Source of the DNA: Spirochaetia bacterium
GTDB lineage: Bacteria > Spirochaetota > Spirochaetia > DSM-2461
DNA length: 64,000 bases
Reading direction: 5' to 3'
Assembly: GCA_963668315.1 (NCBI GenBank)
Contig: OY764216.1
Coordinates: 4,576,001-4,640,000 of the forward strand
The notes beneath the pieces were generated by a model. That model was not told the origin of the DNA. It made no database searches and worked only from the letters and a program-made list of their open reading frames with translations. Every line of letters starts with the position of its first letter. The first letter of the stretch is position 1. The translations under genes and the position numbers were made by a program. This document shows positions 59,428 to 64,000 of the stretch, piece by piece.

Positions 59428-59679
59428 TCATTCTATTAACTTAAGCTGGTTATCCCTATTTTCCAGTTTTAGTACAGGTCGATTTGTAGCAGATCCCATA
59501 TCTATTATGCATGCCTTCAATTCCTCAAGACTTGAACCAAAAGGGATAAAAGGTTCTGCATCCCAATAGAGGATATCATCTTCTTAATTGTAATAGACTT
59601 CCCGTATTTGAAAATCTGCTTCTTTAGTCTTCTTTATATAAATAACTCAAAAATCAAAACTATCAATTTCATTATTCAT
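59428..59679 (-). pseudogene. Small phage-type hypothetical gene with two in-frame stops
   Basis: DF*VI...IREVYYN*EDDI.YW..EP..P.G.SLEELK...PVL; stops at 59647 and 59584. Confidence 0.55.
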
Positions 59680-59701
59680 TTCGTCACCAATTCCTTAAGA
59701 T

Positions 59702-60496
59702 CTACTCATCGAGACGACGATCAGAATAACTTGGAATACCAAGATCATTTTTTTCAAATGCATCAAGATTGAGAATACCCCTTGAATCAAATTCACATGG
59801 AATATAATTATCCTTAACAAGAATCAATCCCTTCTCAACCATGTATTGGATTATGTCATTGGAATAATAGTTAAGTTCAAGAATCATTACTGGAAGTTTT
59901 TTAAAGTCATTTAAAATAGTGGAAAAAATAATATCTATAATTTCGTATAAAAATCGTGGATCAGAATCATAATTAAACGCACATAATTCTAAACAATGAC
60001 TTCTGTAGAATGTCCTACCAATAATGAATCGTTCAGTAGACAATCTAGTCCAAATTCCTATTGAACCTTTGACTACTATATGCTTACCAGCATCCCCAAT
60101 ATTTGGATTTCTCAGAAAAAATAGGCCATCTTGGCACCTAGAATGGATAGAAATATGATTTGATAAAATTCGAGAATAGCATTCTTTCTCTGATAATGAA
60201 AATTCAGATAAATTCATCTCAAAAGAATCGAAAAAACGATATAATTCTTCTTCAGGAATACCATATCTAGAAATGGCTTTATATAAAAGGGGAAGATCGA
60301 CATTTACATTCCTATGAATTATCTCTTCATCTGAGCCAAAGTGATACCTAATATCCGATATGTTATCTAAACCACCGAAAGAGATCAACTCATCATATAA
60401 ATCATTTAATTTAATTTTCGGATTTAGTTTTTTACTATAATAGTAAACAGGTCTGACGATCTTTTTGATAAAAGATCTATACTCTTTTGCATTCAT
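59702..60496 (-). CDS. Hypothetical protein
   Basis: Long ORF in AT-rich DNA; start moved to MNAK (RBS gaggag). Confidence 0.72.
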   Translation of the reverse strand: MNAKEYRSFIKKIVRPVYYYSKKLNPKIKLNDLYDELISFGGLDNISDIRYHFGSDEEIIHRNVNVDLPLLYKAISRYGIPEEELYRFFDSFEMNLSEFSLSEKECYSRILSNHISIHSRCQDGLFFLRNPNIGDAGKHIVVKGSIGIWTRLSTERFIIGRTFYRSHCLELCAFNYDSDPRFLYEIIDIIFSTILNDFKKLPVMILELNYYSNDIIQYMVEKGLILVKDNYIPCEFDSRGILNLDAFEKNDLGIPSYSDRRLDE

Positions 60497-61099
60497 AATT
60501 ATACTCCTCTCATTGCAATCTAACCCCTCTTTACTGAATCGCAATAATTGTAAAATTATGATAAAAAAGAATAAAAACTTATGTTGGCATCTAGGAGGAG
60601 AACCTGTTTAAGCTTTACTTCACTAAGTATAAAATGTTTAATAACATTAATCAATTATTTGAGGGTAAGAAAGAAAATTGTTCAAACTAGACTTCCCCGA
60701 TTTCTATACAACGTAAGATTTCTATCCTGCAGAACCCAAATAAAAAAAGTCCCCCTGGTAGCATCCATATCGTCAAAACATCCACCGCTTCTGCGGGATA
60801 GAACTCGTTGTACTCAACCGACTGTATGAAAAAGCTTTCTCCATGGGTCTTGTATTGAATTTCCAGCTTACATGAAAAGTATAATACTGTTCCCTTAATT
60901 AAGAAATAGTGATTTTCCCACTTACCGTAAGAAATAATCCCTATTCCCCTTTGGGAAGAATTATAAAAAGGGCTTTCCCGGGGAAAGTGAGGCATAAAAG
61001 AACAAAGCTCCCCCACGAATCCTATGAACAGGACACGGGTGAGAATAATCGTTCGTATTTTTCCATCAACAATTATCACAGGCCGAGGGCCTGGTCACT

Positions 61100-62259
61100 T
61101 CAGGATACCCTGCAAGGATTTGGCTCAGGACCATGAATACTCCGCCTATTTCCATACAATCCCATGAAGATCATCTCTTTTCCGCATTTGCAACAGACTT
61201 TTTTCTCAAAGTCCCAAGTCTCGACATCCTTATGCGACTCATACTCATTCGCTGGATTTTCTCCTGGTTCATGGGAAAAATCGGGGAGTTCCGTTATGAA
61301 TTGCCGCACTTGCCTTAGGGATTCCCGCCTGTTATGATTACTCATATAACCGAAATATCGTATCTTTCTCATCCCCTTGGGCAAAAGATGAAGAAGAAAA
61401 CGATCAATGAATTCCTCCAAAGGGAGAACCATCCTTTTTCTCTTGTGGCCGGAGGCTCTGTCAATCCATGTGAAATTGACTCTGTCTCCATCTGTGGCAA
61501 CAATCCGCTGCTCGCTGATTCCCACACGGTGTGTATATCGGCCCAGGTACTTAACAACCTGAGCAGGATTTCCAAAAGGCTTTTTGGCATAAACCACAAA
61601 GTTTTTCCGCGCGGCACTCTGTAGATTTTTCTCATAGAGAACCCTGTCGCCAAAGAGAGCCCCCTTATCACAGTATTTTCTGAGTGAACTCAGCAGCTTC
61701 CCCCGAAAAACGACAGACAATTTCTTCACCGGCACCAGATATTTGGGATTCCCCTCAATCCAGTGAGATTTATCAGGAGAGAGGCCTCCCCGGGTAGAAT
61801 ACAGTGCACATGAGGATGATAAAGCAGTTTCTGCGTCCATGTATGAAGAACTGATAATCCCCCTACACCGGCCCCGAGATTCTCCGGATTCTGACATACC
61901 TCAAGAAGTGTCTTATGGGCACTATGAAAAAGAGCTTTGTAGAATAGTTGATGATTCGCACCAGCCAAGTGAAGCAGTTCATGGGGAACCGTAAAGACCA
62001 CATGAAAATAGGGAACCGGCAATAATTCTTCCAGCCGCTTGTCCACCCACCGGACACGGGACGCTCCCTGGCACAAGGGGCAGTGCCTGTCCCGGCAGGA
62101 ATTGTAATGAGTTTCTTTATGCCCGCATTCGCAAACCAAGGTATTACCACCCATCCGATGGGTATGGCAATCCGAAATATGTCCCAGAACCACCCGTTCT
62201 CTCCTGTTCAAACCGGGAAGAGTTTTCCCTATCTCTGCTATTTCTCCCAATTTACTCAT
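61100..62259 (-). pseudogene. IS91-family Y2/HUH rolling-circle transposase, 1-bp frameshift
   Basis: Zn-binding C.C..YNSC..RHCP.C, YFHVVFTVP, LHTW, HPHVH, YLGRY, IRYFG; frame breaks in the C4 run at 61788-61791. Confidence 0.93.
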
Positions 62260-63115
62260 GAACCGCTTCCCCTCCCTTCAAAGAATCAAGAGGATTGCGG
62301 ACGGTTCTTATATGATGGGCGGCAATATGCAAATATTTTTCCGTCGTCTGGATATCGGAATGGCCTAGAAGAGCCTGTATCGTTCGCAAATCAGTTCCGG
62401 CCTCAAGAAGGTGCGTGGCAAAGGAGTGACGAAAAGTATGGGGAGTCACATGTCTCTCCAATCCTGCTCTCACGGTAAGATTTTGGATGAATCTCTGAAT
62501 GGTAGAGGTATGCATCTTCACATGCCCCCCTCTGCCGGGAAACAGCCATTCATCGGGTTTGACACGGCAGGACCGATAATAAGCCCGTAAAATCTCCAGC
62601 AAATCGGCGCTTAACTGGACTTTTCTATCCTTACCGCCTTTCCCCTGGCGGACATGAAGCAGCATATTCTTACTGTCGATATCGGTGATTTTTAGATTAA
62701 CAAGTTCGCCTATTCTCAAACCGGTACTGTAAAGAGTGGCGACAATAGCATAGTGGCGGGGATTTTTCCGGACTTCAGAAAGCAACAGGGATACTTCCTT
62801 TTTGTTCATTACCTCGGGTAGTTTTTTTCTCATCTTCTGAAAAGGAATATGATTCACCGGCCAATCGACGCCTCTTACTTTCTGAAAATAAAACCGGAGC
62901 GCACAGACCATTTGGTTAAAATGGGACCAGGAAACCTTTTCCTGGTGCACCAGATAATATTGCCATTCATGAATATCTTCGAGTGTTACCAAATCAATGG
63001 GCTTCTCTAGATGGGTCAGATACTTTTTCAGTACGGCGACATAGGTTGATATCGTTTTTTCTGCATAATTGCGGATCACCATGGCTTTGCGCATGGCTTC
63101 TAATTCTTGTGTCAT
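62252..63115 (-). CDS. Tyrosine recombinase (site-specific integrase)
   Basis: N-terminal SAM-like domain, TGLR..E, GKGGKDR, HTFRHSFATHLLE, LGH, TEKY. Confidence 0.95.
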   Translation of the reverse strand: MTQELEAMRKAMVIRNYAEKTISTYVAVLKKYLTHLEKPIDLVTLEDIHEWQYYLVHQEKVSWSHFNQMVCALRFYFQKVRGVDWPVNHIPFQKMRKKLPEVMNKKEVSLLLSEVRKNPRHYAIVATLYSTGLRIGELVNLKITDIDSKNMLLHVRQGKGGKDRKVQLSADLLEILRAYYRSCRVKPDEWLFPGRGGHVKMHTSTIQRFIQNLTVRAGLERHVTPHTFRHSFATHLLEAGTDLRTIQALLGHSDIQTTEKYLHIAAHHIRTVRNPLDSLKGGEAVHE

Positions 63116-63228
63116 ATAACACCTCCGCCTCTATTGTGAAAAGAGTGACGGATTTATATAACCGGGGAATCTTGATAGGTGGAGAAAAGTGTGATGGTGT
63201 TGAATCCACCGCTGGGTACAGCGGTTTA

Positions 63229-63336
63229 GTTCAACGCCCGCATAACCTGTTTTCCGTACATGGCAGAAATCCTGCCTGCGAAGCAGAAAAGCAGGATTTG
63301 TGCCATAGGAAAATCAGGTTCATGCGATTGTTATAC
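63229..63336 (-). other. Integron attC recombination site
   Basis: Minus strand: R'' GTATAAC, 5 nt, L'' CATGAACC, long imperfect stem, L' GGTTATG, 5 nt, R' GTTGAAC; extrahelical base in L''. Confidence 0.85.
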
Positions 63337-63523
63337 GGTCCGTTCTTTTTCCCACATCTTTCTCGCTCCCGCCGGAACACAGGAAATGGGTGAAGGTGAT
63401 TCTTATTGATCTATTTTTCATTCTGCTCCATTACCATACTTGAAAGCAAGTCCGAAAACTGATCTGGATGCTTTTCCTTGATTCATATTAAATTGGAATT
63501 GGCAGTAGTCTTCATCTCTGCTG

Positions 63524-64000
63524 CTACTGGTCAAAAAGTAAGCAAGTTGGCGTATAGTTACAGGCACCGCTCCACTCATAACACTGGACAGGTGCTGTCG
63601 CATTTAGCCTATGTCCTAAGAAGAGGGCCAGATGGGAGGGCCCCGCGAAAAATAAGTGTATCTTATCTATAGAAGTCTTGGAAAGCTCAGTGGTAATTGC
63701 CAGCTTCAACTGATTCACCACAACATTTGTATGTTCTGGTGATAAAATAGGAGATGAGCTATTTAGGCTAAGAATTGAAGCTTCTCCAAGGTTTAGCGAA
63801 GGTAGAGCGGGCTTTACATTTTCCTTTATATCACGTGCGATCCCTATAACAATAACCAGATCGGAGCTTATACCATTGTCTTTTATGATAGTGAACTTGT
63901 ATGGTGGTGTTTTTTCGTTTGGAAATGAATCTGTAGACCAGATTTCATTTCGATATATGAGATCAATCGCAAATCCAGAAACTGCAGAGAATATAGACCC
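63524..64000 (-). CDS. SAVED-domain protein, C-terminal part (CBASS Cap4-like effector); 5' end outside the window
   Basis: Frame open from 64000; IHLFFAGPSHLALFLGHRLNATAPVQCYEW...Y.P. Confidence 0.88.
   Translation of the reverse strand, partial: GSIFSAVSGFAIDLIYRNEIWSTDSFPNEKTPPYKFTIIKDNGISSDLVIVIGIARDIKENVKPALPSLNLGEASILSLNSSSPILSPEHTNVVVNQLKLAITTELSKTSIDKIHLFFAGPSHLALFLGHRLNATAPVQCYEWSGACNYTPTCLLFDQ

Larger units (their letters stand above)
60925..63232 (-). mobile_element. Tyrosine recombinase + IS91-family transposase element
   Basis: Higher GC than its flanks; begins (minus strand) GAAC followed by the accgctg/cagcggt hairpin; the end near 60925 is tentative. Confidence 0.7.

Noticed and set aside
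60687..61079. 130-aa ORF as a real gene
   Set aside because: No clear RBS or family motif, and it appears to straddle the IS91 element end
62252..63115. Integron integrase IntI
   Set aside because: Lacks the IntI-specific insertion after WLFP and is translationally coupled to an IS91 transposase; no attI/intI layout
1..64000. CRISPR array, rRNA or further attC sites
   Set aside because: No regularly spaced repeat-spacer array or rRNA seen; only one convincing attC

Overview
This is an accessory region, probably from a free-living anaerobic spirochaete. That placement is an inference from spirochaete-style signal peptides and the PG0541-type gene after the RND operon. The window reads as a tandem array of genomic islands at an initiator tRNA-Met site. 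The intact tRNA gene is not in the window. An island-end (attR-like) unit carrying a tRNA-fMet 3' fragment recurs at about 11.4-11.55 kb, 45.75-45.9 kb and 53.0-53.1 kb and divides the window into four segments. (1) 0.4-11.3 kb: TolC/MFP/RND efflux operon, a diguanylate cyclase, and two TetR regulators flanked by two unknown membrane proteins. (2) 11.6-45.9 kb: a probable integrase stub cut by a dead IS256, then a large metal/siderophore/corrinoid-type uptake cargo, metE and a decayed MNT-HEPN toxin-antitoxin pair. (3) 45.9-53.1 kb: a glycerate/sugar-acid catabolic module bracketed by a 405-bp direct repeat. (4) 53.1-61 kb: an AT-rich, satellite/IME-like module with higA, an RHH-like protein, a phage-type replication initiator, an excisionase, an XRE regulator and gene debris. 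At the right edge, a tyrosine recombinase + IS91-family (Y2) transposase element begins exactly at the recombination point of an integron attC site. That attC lies downstream of a SAVED-domain (CBASS Cap4-like) gene running off the window. No CRISPR array, rRNA or complete tRNA was seen. All family calls are from motif recognition by eye, not database searches.
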